Source of the DNA: Candidatus Binatus sp.
GTDB lineage: Bacteria; Desulfobacterota; Binatia; Binatales; Binataceae
NCBI RefSeq assembly: GCF_049584895.1
Contig: NZ_JBAUYR010000057.1
Span: 27,908 to 91,907 of the forward strand
Direction of reading: 5' to 3'
Length of the DNA stretch: 64,000 bases
Shown here: positions 45,507-55,497 of the stretch, piece by piece
Layout of the letters: each line of letters opens with the position of its first letter
Numbering within the stretch: the first letter of the stretch is position 1
The notes under the pieces: generated by a model
What the model saw: the letters and a program-made list of their open reading frames with translations, nothing else
What the model was told of the DNA's origin: nothing
Databases searched by the model: none
Made by a program: the position numbers and the translations under genes

Positions 45507-47491
45507 GGTCGAACGCGCGCACTCAATACGCGACGAACACTAAAGTGTCACGGCTGGCAAAATTTGATGTCGTTTCGATCGAGGATCTCGAGACCTCGGA
45601 CATAGAACGCATATTCGCGCTCGCCGACGGTTTTGCCGAGCAGCTAGAGCGCGGCGAACAGATCACGACCGCTGCCGGTCTGATCATGGCGACGCTGTTT
45701 TACGAGCCCTCGACACGCACGCGGCTCAGTTTCGAATCGTCGATGCATCGCCTCGGCGGCGCTGTGATCAGCTCGGCCGATATGCAGGCGAGCTCCGCTG
45801 CCAAGGGCGAGAGCTTGGCAGATACCGTGCGCGTCGTCGCCGGCTATGCGGACCTGATCGTGCTGCGCCATCCGCATGACGGTGCGGCGCGCGTCGCCGC
45901 CGAGTACGCGCCATGTCCGGTGCTGAACGCCGGCGACGGCAGTCGCGAGCATCCGACGCAGACGCTGTGCGATCTCTACATCCTGCGCAAAAAGAAGGGC
46001 CACCTGAAGGGGCTCACGGTCGCGCTATGCGGGGATCTGAAATTCGGCCGCACCGTTCATTCGCTGATCTATGCGCTCGCGCGTTTCGGCGCGAATATCG
46101 TCGCCGTGCCGACCAGTGGCATGGACGTTCCCGACTATGTCCTCGAGCGGCTCGCCGCCGAGCGCAACTATAGCTTCTCGACCGTCACGATGGATGAGCT
46201 GAAGTCGCTGGCGGGCGGCCTCGACGCGCTTTATCTGACGCCGAGCGCACCGCATCAGATGGCGCTCTTCACGGGCGATGCTGCGCTTCAAAAATTTCCG
46301 ACGGGTGAGCCTCCCGCCGCGCTCGACGCCTTTTACGTCACGCGTTTGCAAAAGGAGCGCATGTCGGGGAAGGAGGCCGGCGCCGCCGACTATGTCCGCT
46401 TCGACGCGCGCGCGCTTCGCACCAGCAAGACGCACGAAGCTGTCGTGATGCATCCGCTGCCGCGCACCAGCGAGCTCGCGTACGAGCTCGACGCCGATCC
46501 GCGCGCGGTTTATTTCGAGCAGGCAGCAGCCGGGGTGCCCGTAAGGATGGCGCTAATCGCTTGGCTGATGGAAAAAGCCGCCGTCGCATCCGCATCTACG
46601 CGGCCAGCAGCCCAGCCGATTCGCTTCAAGGCTGAAGCGCCGCCGCGATGCTCCAATCTGAATTGCATCACGCGATTCGAGGGCGCCCACCTGGCTCCAC
46701 GATTTACGCTCGGGCGCAGCAGTGATAGCAACGTGTTCGCGCTCAAGTGCGGCTTCTGCGAGCGCGAGCTGAAAACCGAGTACGTCGGCCACGCGCGGTC
46801 GCATCGCTACTATCGCTTCGACGAAAACCTGCAAGGCTACGTCCAGCAATGGATCGAAGAAGGCTCTCTCGCCGTATTCGACAGCGTAAAGCAGGCCGAG
46901 GAAGGCGGCTACGAGCCTTACAAGCGCGGGCCTCAGCGCGAGATCATGAATGAAGATGAAGTCGTTCGCGCGATTGAGTCGCTCGCCGACCAGGTGATTG
47001 CCGATATCGTCGACATGCCGGCAGTGTCGATTGTGGGCGTGGTCAGTCGCGGTGCGATGCTCGCGCTTCGGCTGCGCGAGCTGATCGGATCGAAAACGAA
47101 AGTTTTTCCACCGTGCGCCGCGCTCGACGCGTACAAACCAGACGACGCGTTGCATCCGATTGATGGCGCCGACAATTTCGTCGTCGAAGACCGCACGATC
47201 ATCCTGGTCGACGACGTGATTAACAGCGGATGGACCGTGCAGCGCGCGATGGCGACGATCTGGCAACGCGGGCGTCCCGGCGCGGTAAAGCTGGCAGTGT
47301 TGATCGATCGCGGACATCGCGCGGTGCCGATTCGGCCGAACTATGTCGGCAAGAATATCCCGACCTCGCGCACCGAGCGGGTACAAGTGCGCCTCGCTAC
47401 AGGCGGCAGGGATCCGAAAGTAAAAGCGCACGATCACGTCACGATTTATTCAATCGTCGAACCGATGAAAGAACCCGAGGCGGCGCATTGA
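45503..47491 (+). CDS. pyrB: aspartate carbamoyltransferase catalytic chain fused to a PyrI zinc domain and a PyrR-like phosphoribosyltransferase domain
   Basis: aa 20-356 carry STRTR, EHPTQ, GDLKFGRTVHS and HPLPR. aa 372-428 read CSNLNC...ALKCGFCERE. aa 481-640 read VGVVSRGAML, IILVDDVINSGWT and LIDRGHRAVPIRPNYVGKNIPTS. There is an ATGA overlap with pyrR and a TTGA overlap with pyrC. Confidence 0.9.
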   Translation: MRSNARTQYATNTKVSRLAKFDVVSIEDLETSDIERIFALADGFAEQLERGEQITTAAGLIMATLFYEPSTRTRLSFESSMHRLGGAVISSADMQASSAAKGESLADTVRVVAGYADLIVLRHPHDGAARVAAEYAPCPVLNAGDGSREHPTQTLCDLYILRKKKGHLKGLTVALCGDLKFGRTVHSLIYALARFGANIVAVPTSGMDVPDYVLERLAAERNYSFSTVTMDELKSLAGGLDALYLTPSAPHQMALFTGDAALQKFPTGEPPAALDAFYVTRLQKERMSGKEAGAADYVRFDARALRTSKTHEAVVMHPLPRTSELAYELDADPRAVYFEQAAAGVPVRMALIAWLMEKAAVASASTRPAAQPIRFKAEAPPRCSNLNCITRFEGAHLAPRFTLGRSSDSNVFALKCGFCERELKTEYVGHARSHRYYRFDENLQGYVQQWIEEGSLAVFDSVKQAEEGGYEPYKRGPQREIMNEDEVVRAIESLADQVIADIVDMPAVSIVGVVSRGAMLALRLRELIGSKTKVFPPCAALDAYKPDDALHPIDGADNFVVEDRTIILVDDVINSGWTVQRAMATIWQRGRPGAVKLAVLIDRGHRAVPIRPNYVGKNIPTSRTERVQVRLATGGRDPKVKAHDHVTIYSIVEPMKEPEAAH

Positions 47492-48846
47492 CCTCGATAC
47501 TGCTCAGAGGAGGGCGGGTGATCGATCCGGTGAGCGCACTCGACGGCGAGTTTGATGTGTTGGTGCGCGACGGCGACATCGCGGCAGTCGAACGGGCGGG
47601 CACTCGGATGAATTCGCCAGATACAAGCGTAGTCGACGTCAGTGAATACTGGATCGTTCCCGGCCTCATCGATCCGCATGTGCATTTGCGCGACCCGGGG
47701 TTCCCCGAAAAGGAAACGATTCAGACCGGTCTGCGCGCATCTGCGGCGGGCGGATTCACTACAGTCGCAGCGATGGCGAACACGTTGCCCGTGAACGACA
47801 GTCCCGCGACGACGCGGTACATGGTCGAGCGCGCGAAAGAAGTTCACTCGGCGCGGCTAGTGCCGGTGTCAGCGGTCACACAAGGGCTCCGCGGAAGTGC
47901 GTTGGTTGATTTCGCTGCGATGATTGAGGCGGGCGCGCGATTGTTTTCCGACGACGGAATTCCGATCGACGATGCGATGGTTCTGTCGCAAGCGTTAGAT
48001 GAGACCAAGCGGCTCGGTTATGCGGTCGCGCTGCATGAAGAGGATTGCGCGCTATCTCGCAACGGCGCGTTGAACGCCGGCGCCGTATCGAAGCAGCTCG
48101 GCGTCAGCGGTTATCCGGATTCGGCGGAATCGCAACGTGTTCGACGCGATCTCGCGATTGCGATCGGCTCAGACGCTGCGGTCCATGTGTGCCATGTGTC
48201 GGCGGCCGAGTCGCTCGAACTCATTCGCGCCGCGCGCCGGCATGGTGCACAGGTCACCTGCGAAGTGACGCCGCACCATTTCACACTGGATGAAAGTGCT
48301 GCGATGATCTGGGGAACCAACGCGAAGATGAATCCTCCGCTGCGAAGTCACAGCGACGTCGAACACCTGATCGCCGCGATTCGCGACGGCACTATAGACA
48401 TGATCGCCAGCGACCATGCGCCGCACGATCCCGATTCCAAACGAATACCGCAGCTCGGCGCCTACTTCGGCCCGGGGCATCCGGTCGCGCAGCTTGACCA
48501 TGAGAGCGCGGAAGAATTCGCGCATGCGGCGAACGGAGTCGTCGGCCTGGAGACGTCGCTAGGACTCGCGCTCCAGCTGGTGCACCGATCGATCATCGAA
48601 CCAACTCGATTGATTGAGATGATGTCGGTGAATCCGGCCGCGTTATTGCGGATGGAAGCTGGGACCCTTGCGGTTGGTGCGATTGCGGACATCACAGTGA
48701 TCGATCCGAATCTTGAATGGTCGGTTGCGCCGGAAAAGTTTCTGTCAAAGAGCCGCAACACTCCGTTCGCAGGGATGTGGCTGAAGGGCAAGGCGGTCCT
48801 GACTATGGTTGCGGGCGAAATCATTTACGACGGGAGGAAGGCGTAG
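47488..48846 (+). CDS. pyrC: dihydroorotase
   Basis: ILLRGGRVIDP, DPHVHLRDPG, and ASDHAPH. A TTG start at 47488 is assumed (GTG 47518 is the alternative). The upstream part of ORF 47230..48846 overlaps the fusion gene. Confidence 0.88.
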   Translation: MTSILLRGGRVIDPVSALDGEFDVLVRDGDIAAVERAGTRMNSPDTSVVDVSEYWIVPGLIDPHVHLRDPGFPEKETIQTGLRASAAGGFTTVAAMANTLPVNDSPATTRYMVERAKEVHSARLVPVSAVTQGLRGSALVDFAAMIEAGARLFSDDGIPIDDAMVLSQALDETKRLGYAVALHEEDCALSRNGALNAGAVSKQLGVSGYPDSAESQRVRRDLAIAIGSDAAVHVCHVSAAESLELIRAARRHGAQVTCEVTPHHFTLDESAAMIWGTNAKMNPPLRSHSDVEHLIAAIRDGTIDMIASDHAPHDPDSKRIPQLGAYFGPGHPVAQLDHESAEEFAHAANGVVGLETSLGLALQLVHRSIIEPTRLIEMMSVNPAALLRMEAGTLAVGAIADITVIDPNLEWSVAPEKFLSKSRNTPFAGMWLKGKAVLTMVAGEIIYDGRKA

Positions 48847-48853
48847 CGGCGCG

Positions 48854-50050
48854 ATGAGTAAAGGGCGCGAAGCGATACTGGCGCTGGCCGACGGACGGAT
48901 TTTCCGTGGGCGCGCATTCGGTGCGGTCGGCGAGACCGTCGGCGAAGTGGTCTTCAACACGGCGATGACCGGGTACCAGGAAGTGCTGACGGACCCGTCG
49001 TATAAGGGCCAGCTGGTCTGCATGACGTATCCGGAAATCGGTAACGTCGGAATCAACGCCGAAGATGCGGAGTCGCGGCAGGTCTACGTCGAGGGGTTCA
49101 TCGTCAAGGAATATTGGGAGCGGCCATCGAACTGGCGCTCAGAGATGCCGCTCGGGAAGTACCTGGAAGATGCGGGCGTGGTCGGTATCGAGGGAATCGA
49201 CACGCGCGCGCTGGTGCGTCATCTGCGAACACGCGGCGCGCAGGAGGCTGTCATCTCGAGCATCGATCTCGACGCCGACTCGCTGGTGCGCAAGGCGAAA
49301 GCGTCGCCGGGATTAGTCGGCCGCGATCTCGTGAAAGAAGTCACGTCGGCAGAGGCATACGACTGGGACTTCGGCGATTGGAAATTGGGAAGTGGTCACG
49401 TTCGAGTGAGTCACGATGCGACCCGCGATGCACCGATGATCGTAGCCCTCGATTATGGAATCAAACTGAACATTCTGCGGCGGCTGGTCGCGAGCGGATT
49501 TCGCGTCAAGGTATTGCCGGCAGCGTCGACGGCGGAACAAATACTCGCGCAAAATCCCGACGGAGTCTTTCTATCCAATGGGCCGGGAGATCCTGCCGCG
49601 CTGTCTTACGCTTACAGAGCCATCGGGGGCGTTCTTGGCAAGAAACCGGTGTTCGGCATTTGCCTCGGGCATCAGTTGTTGGGACTGGCGCTGGGCGGGA
49701 AGACCTACAAGCTCGATTTTGGGCATCATGGCGCAAATCACCCCGTGATGGACTTGCGCACGCGGCGGGTCGAGATCACCTCGCAGAACCATGGGTTCGC
49801 GGTCAACGACGAGTCGTTGAAGGGCCGCGCGATACTCTCGCATCTGAATCTGAACGACAACACGGTCGAAGGATTGCAGGGAACCGGCGTACCTTTTTTT
49901 TCCGTGCAGTACCATCCGGAGGCGTCGCCGGGGCCGCATGATTCGAGTTATCTGTTTGCACGGTTTCGAAAACTGGTTGAAACGTTTCCGCGTTATGGCG
50001 CGGAGGCTTTGGAGCGAATCATTGCGGCTGAGGCGTCTGCGCAATCTTAA
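48854..50050 (+). CDS. carA: carbamoyl-phosphate synthase small (glutaminase) subunit
   Basis: ALADGRIFRGRAFGA...GEVVFNTAMTGYQEVLTDPSY, GICLGHQ and QYHPEASPGPHD. Confidence 0.95.
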   Translation: MSKGREAILALADGRIFRGRAFGAVGETVGEVVFNTAMTGYQEVLTDPSYKGQLVCMTYPEIGNVGINAEDAESRQVYVEGFIVKEYWERPSNWRSEMPLGKYLEDAGVVGIEGIDTRALVRHLRTRGAQEAVISSIDLDADSLVRKAKASPGLVGRDLVKEVTSAEAYDWDFGDWKLGSGHVRVSHDATRDAPMIVALDYGIKLNILRRLVASGFRVKVLPAASTAEQILAQNPDGVFLSNGPGDPAALSYAYRAIGGVLGKKPVFGICLGHQLLGLALGGKTYKLDFGHHGANHPVMDLRTRRVEITSQNHGFAVNDESLKGRAILSHLNLNDNTVEGLQGTGVPFFSVQYHPEASPGPHDSSYLFARFRKLVETFPRYGAEALERIIAAEASAQS

Positions 50051-50074
50051 AGTTCGTAAATCGGGATCATCAAA

Positions 50075-53000
50075 TTGCCGCTTCGTAAAGATCTGAAATC
50101 TGTTTTGCTGATTGGCTCGGGACCGATCGTCATCGGGCAGGCGTGCGAGTTCGATTACTCGGGCACGCAGGCAGTGAAGGCGTTGCGCGAGGAAGGGCTG
50201 CGGCTGATTCTCGTCAACTCGAATCCGGCAACCATCATGACCGACCCGGAACTTGCCGATCGCACCTATATTGAGCCGATGACGGTGGCGGTCCTGACCA
50301 AGATCATAGAGCGCGAGCGTCCTGACGCGCTGCTACCGACGGTTGGCGGGCAGACCGCGCTGAATCTGGCGATCGAACTGGCGGAAGCGGGAGTTCTCGA
50401 CCGGTACAATTGCGAACTGATCGGCGCGAAGCTCGAGGCGATCAAGAAGGCCGAAGATCGCGAGCTGTTTAAGAATGCGATGCTGAAAATCGGGCTCGAG
50501 GTGCCGCGATCCGCCATCGCGCGCTCATGGCAAGACGCCGAGCGGGTGCTGGACGAGCTTGGATTGCCGGTGATTATCAGGCCGTCGCGAACGCTCGGCG
50601 GGACCGGGGGATCGATCGCGCGCGAGCTGGGCGACTATCGCGCCAAGGTGACGTACGGCCTCGAACAGTCGCCGAATCACGAAGTGCTGATCGAGCAATC
50701 AGTCGAGGGATGGAAGGAGTTCGAGCTCGAGGTGATGCGCGACACGGCCGACAACGTTGTAATCATATGCTCGATCGAGAATCTGGATCCGATGGGTGTG
50801 CATACGGGCGATTCGATTACCGTTGCGCCCGCGCAGACGCTGACTGACAAGGAATATCAGCTGATGCGCGACGCGGCGATTCGGATCATTCGCGAGATAG
50901 GTGTCGATACGGGAGGTTCGAATATCCAGTTCGCGATCGAGCCCTCGACGGGGCGGATGGTCGTGATCGAGATGAATCCGCGGGTGTCGCGGAGCTCGGC
51001 GCTGGCGTCGAAGGCGACCGGCTTTCCGATCGCCAAGATTGCGGCGCGGCTGGCGGTCGGTTACCGGCTCGACGAGATTCCCAACGACATCACGCGCATG
51101 ACGCCGTCGTGCTTCGAGCCGACGATCGACTATGTAGTAACCAAGATTCCGCGCTTCGCGTTCGAGAAATTCCGCGGCGCGGCCGATGAGCTGGGGCCTC
51201 AGATGAAATCGGTCGGCGAGGCGATGGCGATAGGCCGCACCTTCAAGGAATCGTTGCAAAAGGCGCTGCGCTCGCTGGAGATTGGATCGCATGGGCTGGA
51301 AAGTGGGCTCGCAGAGCCGTCGAGCGCTCACGCACTTGCGGAGATTCGGGCTCAAGTCGCGATGCCGAGCAGCCATCGGTTGTATCATCTGGCGGATGCG
51401 TTGCGCCTCGGAATCACGCGCGCGGAAGTTTTCCAACTTAGCAAGATCGATCCGTGGTTTATCGACGCGGTCGCGGAGCTGGTTGTGGAAGAAAAACGGA
51501 TCGCACGCGAGCCGCTGGGCCAGGCGTATTTCCGGGAGTTCAAGCCGATGGGATTTTCCGATCGCCGAATCGCGGAACTGCGCGGAATCGATGAGGCCGC
51601 GGTGGCGTCGGCGCGGCGCGATGCAGGCGTGATGCCCGTCTACAAATCGGTGGACACCTGTGGCGCCGAATTCGAAGCGTTCACGCCGTATCTCTATTCG
51701 ACCTACGAAGGCGAGGACGAGGCGCCGCCGACTGCCCGCAAGAAAGTGATCATCCTTGGCGGCGGCCCGAACCGGATCGGCCAGGGGATTGAGTTCGACT
51801 ACTGCTGCGTGCACGCGAGCATGGCGCTGAAAGACGCCGGCTTCGAAACGATCATGGTGAATTGTAATCCCGAAACCGTGTCGACCGACTACGACATCTC
51901 GGATCGGCTGTACTTCGAGCCGCTGACGTTCGAGGACGTGATGGCGATCGCCGAGCGCGAGCGGCCGGTCGGCGTGATCGTGCAGTTCGGCGGGCAGACG
52001 CCGCTCAAGCTCGCGGTACCGTTGGCTCGCGCGGGAGTGCCGATATTGGGGACGACGCCCGACGCGATCGATCGCGCGGAAGATCGTGAGCGTTTCAATC
52101 TGATGGTCGCGAAGTTGGGGCTCAAGCAGCCCGAAGGTGTTCTGGCGCGCGGGCTCGACGATGCGATCGCGGGCGCCTCCAAGGTCGGGTACCCGGTGCT
52201 GATACGGCCGTCATACGTGCTCGGCGGGCGCGCGATGGAAGTCATTCCGAACGAAGAAGAACTACGGCGATACGTGACGCAGGCTCTGCAAGCCTCCGAG
52301 CGTCATCCGCTGTTGATCGATCGTTACCTCCAGGGCGCGATCGAAGTGGACGTGGACGCGATCTCCGACGGCGAAACCGTCGTGGTCGGGGGTATAATGG
52401 AGCACGTCGAGCACGCAGGGATACATTCGGGTGATAGCGCATGCGCGATTCCGCCAACGACGCTGAGCAGTGCGCTGCAGCAGGAGCTCATCAAGCAGAC
52501 CAAGATGCTGGCGCGCGAACTTGGGGTGATCGGGCTGATCAATATCCAGTATGCGATTTATCGCGGCGAAGTTTATATCCTCGAAGTGAATCCGCGCGCG
52601 TCGCGGACCATTCCGTTCGTCAGCAAGGCGATCGGGGTGCCATTGGCGAAGTATGCGGCACTGGTGATGGCGGGGAAGAAGCTCAGCGCGATCGGATTCA
52701 CTACAGAACGCGTGCCGGCCCACGTCGCGGTCAAGGAGTCGGTCTTCCCGTTTGGGCGATTCCCCGGCGTTGATACGATCCTTGGACCCGAGATGAAATC
52801 GACCGGCGAGGTGATGGGAATCGACACGACCTTCGCGATGGCGTTTGCGAAGGCGTCATTGGCGGCGTCGTCGAATCTGCCGGATGCGGGTCTCGTGTTT
52901 ATCAGCGTCCGCGACGAGGACAAACCACAGCTCGAGCCGATTGCGCGCGGGCTGGTTGCGATGGGATTCGATCTGATAGCAACGCGCGGCACCGCAACTC

Positions 53001-53290
53001 ACATTCGGAATCTCGGGCTCAGATGCGAAGGCGTCAACAAGGTGCTCGACGGCAGCCCGCATATCGTGGATGCGATGAAGGAGGGGCGGGTCGCGATGGT
53101 CGTCAATACTCCCGATGCGAGCGGCACGAAAGATTCGTTCTCGATTCGGCGCACGGCGTTGGAGTTGCGGCTGCCGTATTTCACGACGATGGCTGGGGCG
53201 AAGGCCGCGGTTGAGGGGATCTACGCGCTGAAGCATGAGAAGTTCGAGGTCCGCGCGCTCCAGGATTATCATCGACAGCCTAACTCCTAA
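50075..53290 (+). CDS. carB: carbamoyl-phosphate synthase large subunit
   Basis: The TTG start gives [32 protein letters not shown]. It has duplicated ATP-grasp halves and a C-terminal MGS-like domain. Confidence 0.97.
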   Translation: MPLRKDLKSVLLIGSGPIVIGQACEFDYSGTQAVKALREEGLRLILVNSNPATIMTDPELADRTYIEPMTVAVLTKIIERERPDALLPTVGGQTALNLAIELAEAGVLDRYNCELIGAKLEAIKKAEDRELFKNAMLKIGLEVPRSAIARSWQDAERVLDELGLPVIIRPSRTLGGTGGSIARELGDYRAKVTYGLEQSPNHEVLIEQSVEGWKEFELEVMRDTADNVVIICSIENLDPMGVHTGDSITVAPAQTLTDKEYQLMRDAAIRIIREIGVDTGGSNIQFAIEPSTGRMVVIEMNPRVSRSSALASKATGFPIAKIAARLAVGYRLDEIPNDITRMTPSCFEPTIDYVVTKIPRFAFEKFRGAADELGPQMKSVGEAMAIGRTFKESLQKALRSLEIGSHGLESGLAEPSSAHALAEIRAQVAMPSSHRLYHLADALRLGITRAEVFQLSKIDPWFIDAVAELVVEEKRIAREPLGQAYFREFKPMGFSDRRIAELRGIDEAAVASARRDAGVMPVYKSVDTCGAEFEAFTPYLYSTYEGEDEAPPTARKKVIILGGGPNRIGQGIEFDYCCVHASMALKDAGFETIMVNCNPETVSTDYDISDRLYFEPLTFEDVMAIAERERPVGVIVQFGGQTPLKLAVPLARAGVPILGTTPDAIDRAEDRERFNLMVAKLGLKQPEGVLARGLDDAIAGASKVGYPVLIRPSYVLGGRAMEVIPNEEELRRYVTQALQASERHPLLIDRYLQGAIEVDVDAISDGETVVVGGIMEHVEHAGIHSGDSACAIPPTTLSSALQQELIKQTKMLARELGVIGLINIQYAIYRGEVYILEVNPRASRTIPFVSKAIGVPLAKYAALVMAGKKLSAIGFTTERVPAHVAVKESVFPFGRFPGVDTILGPEMKSTGEVMGIDTTFAMAFAKASLAASSNLPDAGLVFISVRDEDKPQLEPIARGLVAMGFDLIATRGTATHIRNLGLRCEGVNKVLDGSPHIVDAMKEGRVAMVVNTPDASGTKDSFSIRRTALELRLPYFTTMAGAKAAVEGIYALKHEKFEVRALQDYHRQPNS

Positions 53291-53314
53291 CCCCTTCCCT
53301 CGAGGCAAGGGGAA
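53272..53314. repeat. hairpin-bearing dispersed repeat (direct copy), overlaps the last five codons and the stop of carB
   Basis: TCGACAGCCTAACTCCTAACCCCTTCCCTCGAGGCAAGGGGAA matches the reverse complement of 15231..15273 at 35 of 43 positions. Confidence 0.8.
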
Positions 53315-53359
53315 GAATTGCGCCTGAATAACCGCGTTGAGCTCAGAACCCTCACCTAA

Positions 53360-53385
53360 CCTCTCCCGCAAAATCGCGGGCGAGG
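53360..53385. repeat. second GC-rich hairpin module after carB
   Basis: CCTCTCCCGC-AAAATC-GCGGGCGAGG, with 9 of 10 bp paired. Confidence 0.6.
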
Positions 53386-53435
53386 GATCGGAAAATAGCG
53401 GGGTTCGGATTTCGATTGACAGTCCGGTCGCTTCG

Positions 53436-55487
53436 ATGCCGGGGATTGGGCCTAAGCGCGCGATGGCTCTGGAAGCGCGTGGGATTGCTTCCGCAGGCGA
53501 TGTTATTTTTCATTTGCCGGTTCGTTATCAGGATTGGCGCGAGCGATCGTCTGCGAAAGATCTGCGAGCTGGGAATATCGTCGTCGTTGAAGGCGAGCTT
53601 GGGAAAATTTCCGAGCGGCCGATGCGCGGTTCGCGATGGCGACGGCTTGCTTCGGGATGGCTCGATGTGGGCGGGTGGAAGATACGCGTGGTGTGGTTCA
53701 ACTTGCCGGCTTACATGCGCGGCTATTTGCCGGGCGGCGAGCGCGTTTTGGTGCGAGGGCGAGTTGCCGCGGATGCGGACGGCGGTATTGAAATCGTGCA
53801 ACCTGAGTTGCATCGGCTGTCGGACGGCGAGCCAAAAGGAATTCGACCCGTCTACCGTCTCCCTTCGATTGTTGGGCAGAGGCTTTTCGCTGCACTGGTC
53901 ACGCGTGCTCTCGTCGAGGCAGGCGATTCGATTCGTGGAGCGATCCCCGACGAATTGCGCGGTGAGGTACCGAGCGTTCGCGATGCGCTGAGTTATCTTC
54001 ACGATCCTCCGACCGATGCTGACTTTGACGCGTTGGCGAACGGCGACTCGCGCGGGCATCGCGCGCTCGCATTCGATGAGCTGTTCGCTTTCGAGATCGC
54101 ACTTTCGATTGAGCGGCTCCGCAGCGCGCGACGTGTCGGGATTGCGCTCGATGGCTCGCCGAGCCTCGGAGCGAAGATGATCGAGCAACTGCCGTTTGCG
54201 CTGACTGGATCGCAGTCGCGCGCGATCGAGGAAATCGGCGCCGATCTTGCGCGGCCTAACCAGATGAACCGAATGCTGATGGGCGACGTCGGCAGCGGCA
54301 AGACGCTGGTGGCGTTCTGGGCGATGATTCGCGCCATCGAATCTGGGCATCAGGCCGCCATGATGGCGCCGACTGAACTGCTCGCCGAGCAGCATTGGCG
54401 CGGCTTCGCGCGCTTCTGCGGGCGGCTCGGCGTACGTCACGCGCTGCTCACCGGGAGCGTGACGGGTGCGGCACGCAATCAGGTTTTGCGCGGACTCGCC
54501 AGCGGCGAAATCGGTGCGGTCTTCGGAACGCATGCGTTGATACAGGAGCGCGTGCGAATACATGGACTCGCGCTCGGGGTGATCGACGAGCAGCATCGCT
54601 TCGGCGTGTTCGATCGGGCGAAGATGAAAGCATTGGGGCCGAAGGCGAATCTCTTGATGATGACGGCGACGCCGATCCCGCGGAGCCTGGCGATGAGCCT
54701 GTTTGCCAATCTCGACGTTTCATTTCTCGACGAGCTGCCGCCGGGACGGACGCCGATCGCGACCGAGATCTATACCGAGCAGGATATCGAGCGCGTGCAT
54801 GACAGTTTGCGCGCCGAGATCGGAGGCGGCGGACGCGCGTATTACGTCGTACCTTTTATCGAGGGCGACGAAGATGAGGCCAAGTCGGTGTCGGCTACTG
54901 CGGCGCGCCTCAAAAAGGGAGCGTTGCGCGGGGCGAGAATCGGCACGATGCACGGCAGGATGAGTGCGGCGGAAAAGGATTACGCGATGCGTGAATTCCG
55001 CGATGGTGCGATCGACGCCCTGGTCTGCACGACAGTAGTCGAAGTAGGAATCGACGTGCCGGAGGCGACGATAATCGTGATCGTCGCAGCGGAGCGCTAC
55101 GGCCTCGCGCAGTTGCATCAGCTGCGCGGCAGGGTTGGGCGCGGTGAGAGGGCCTCGCGATGCTGTATCGTGGCGTCGAGCGATGCGGATGACGTTGCGC
55201 TCGAACGCCTTGCGACGATGCGCGAATGTACGACGGGTGCTGCGGTGGCGGAGGCCGACTTGCGGCTGCGAGGCCCGGGCGATCTGCTCGGCGCGCGTCA
55301 GACGGGAGCGCTACCGCTGAAATTCGTGCATCTGATCCGCGACCATCGCACGATCGAACGTGCGCGCAAGCTGGCTGACGAATGGATTGCGCGCGATCCG
55401 TCGCTGTCGAGCCGGGAATCGGAGGGCGCGCGCGCAGCGGTCAGAAAAATGCTGGCGCTGGGATTCAGCCTCGGCGACGTGGGGTAG
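53436..55487 (+). CDS. recG: ATP-dependent DNA helicase RecG
   Basis: MPGIGPKRAMALEARGI...HLPVRYQDW, GDVGSGKT, DEQHRFG and QLHQLRGRVGRG. The start is uncertain: the TTG at 53337 would read through the repeat hairpins, so the first ATG was chosen. Confidence 0.85.
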   Translation: MPGIGPKRAMALEARGIASAGDVIFHLPVRYQDWRERSSAKDLRAGNIVVVEGELGKISERPMRGSRWRRLASGWLDVGGWKIRVVWFNLPAYMRGYLPGGERVLVRGRVAADADGGIEIVQPELHRLSDGEPKGIRPVYRLPSIVGQRLFAALVTRALVEAGDSIRGAIPDELRGEVPSVRDALSYLHDPPTDADFDALANGDSRGHRALAFDELFAFEIALSIERLRSARRVGIALDGSPSLGAKMIEQLPFALTGSQSRAIEEIGADLARPNQMNRMLMGDVGSGKTLVAFWAMIRAIESGHQAAMMAPTELLAEQHWRGFARFCGRLGVRHALLTGSVTGAARNQVLRGLASGEIGAVFGTHALIQERVRIHGLALGVIDEQHRFGVFDRAKMKALGPKANLLMMTATPIPRSLAMSLFANLDVSFLDELPPGRTPIATEIYTEQDIERVHDSLRAEIGGGGRAYYVVPFIEGDEDEAKSVSATAARLKKGALRGARIGTMHGRMSAAEKDYAMREFRDGAIDALVCTTVVEVGIDVPEATIIVIVAAERYGLAQLHQLRGRVGRGERASRCCIVASSDADDVALERLATMRECTTGAAVAEADLRLRGPGDLLGARQTGALPLKFVHLIRDHRTIERARKLADEWIARDPSLSSRESEGARAAVRKMLALGFSLGDVG

Positions 55488-55497
55488 GGCGCCAGCT

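Noticed and set aside
50699-51814. 371-aa minus-strand ORF
   Set aside because: It is antisense to carB and is Arg-rich and low in complexity.
53352-54596. 414-aa minus-strand ORF
   Set aside because: It is antisense to recG, whose helicase motifs are unambiguous on the plus strand.
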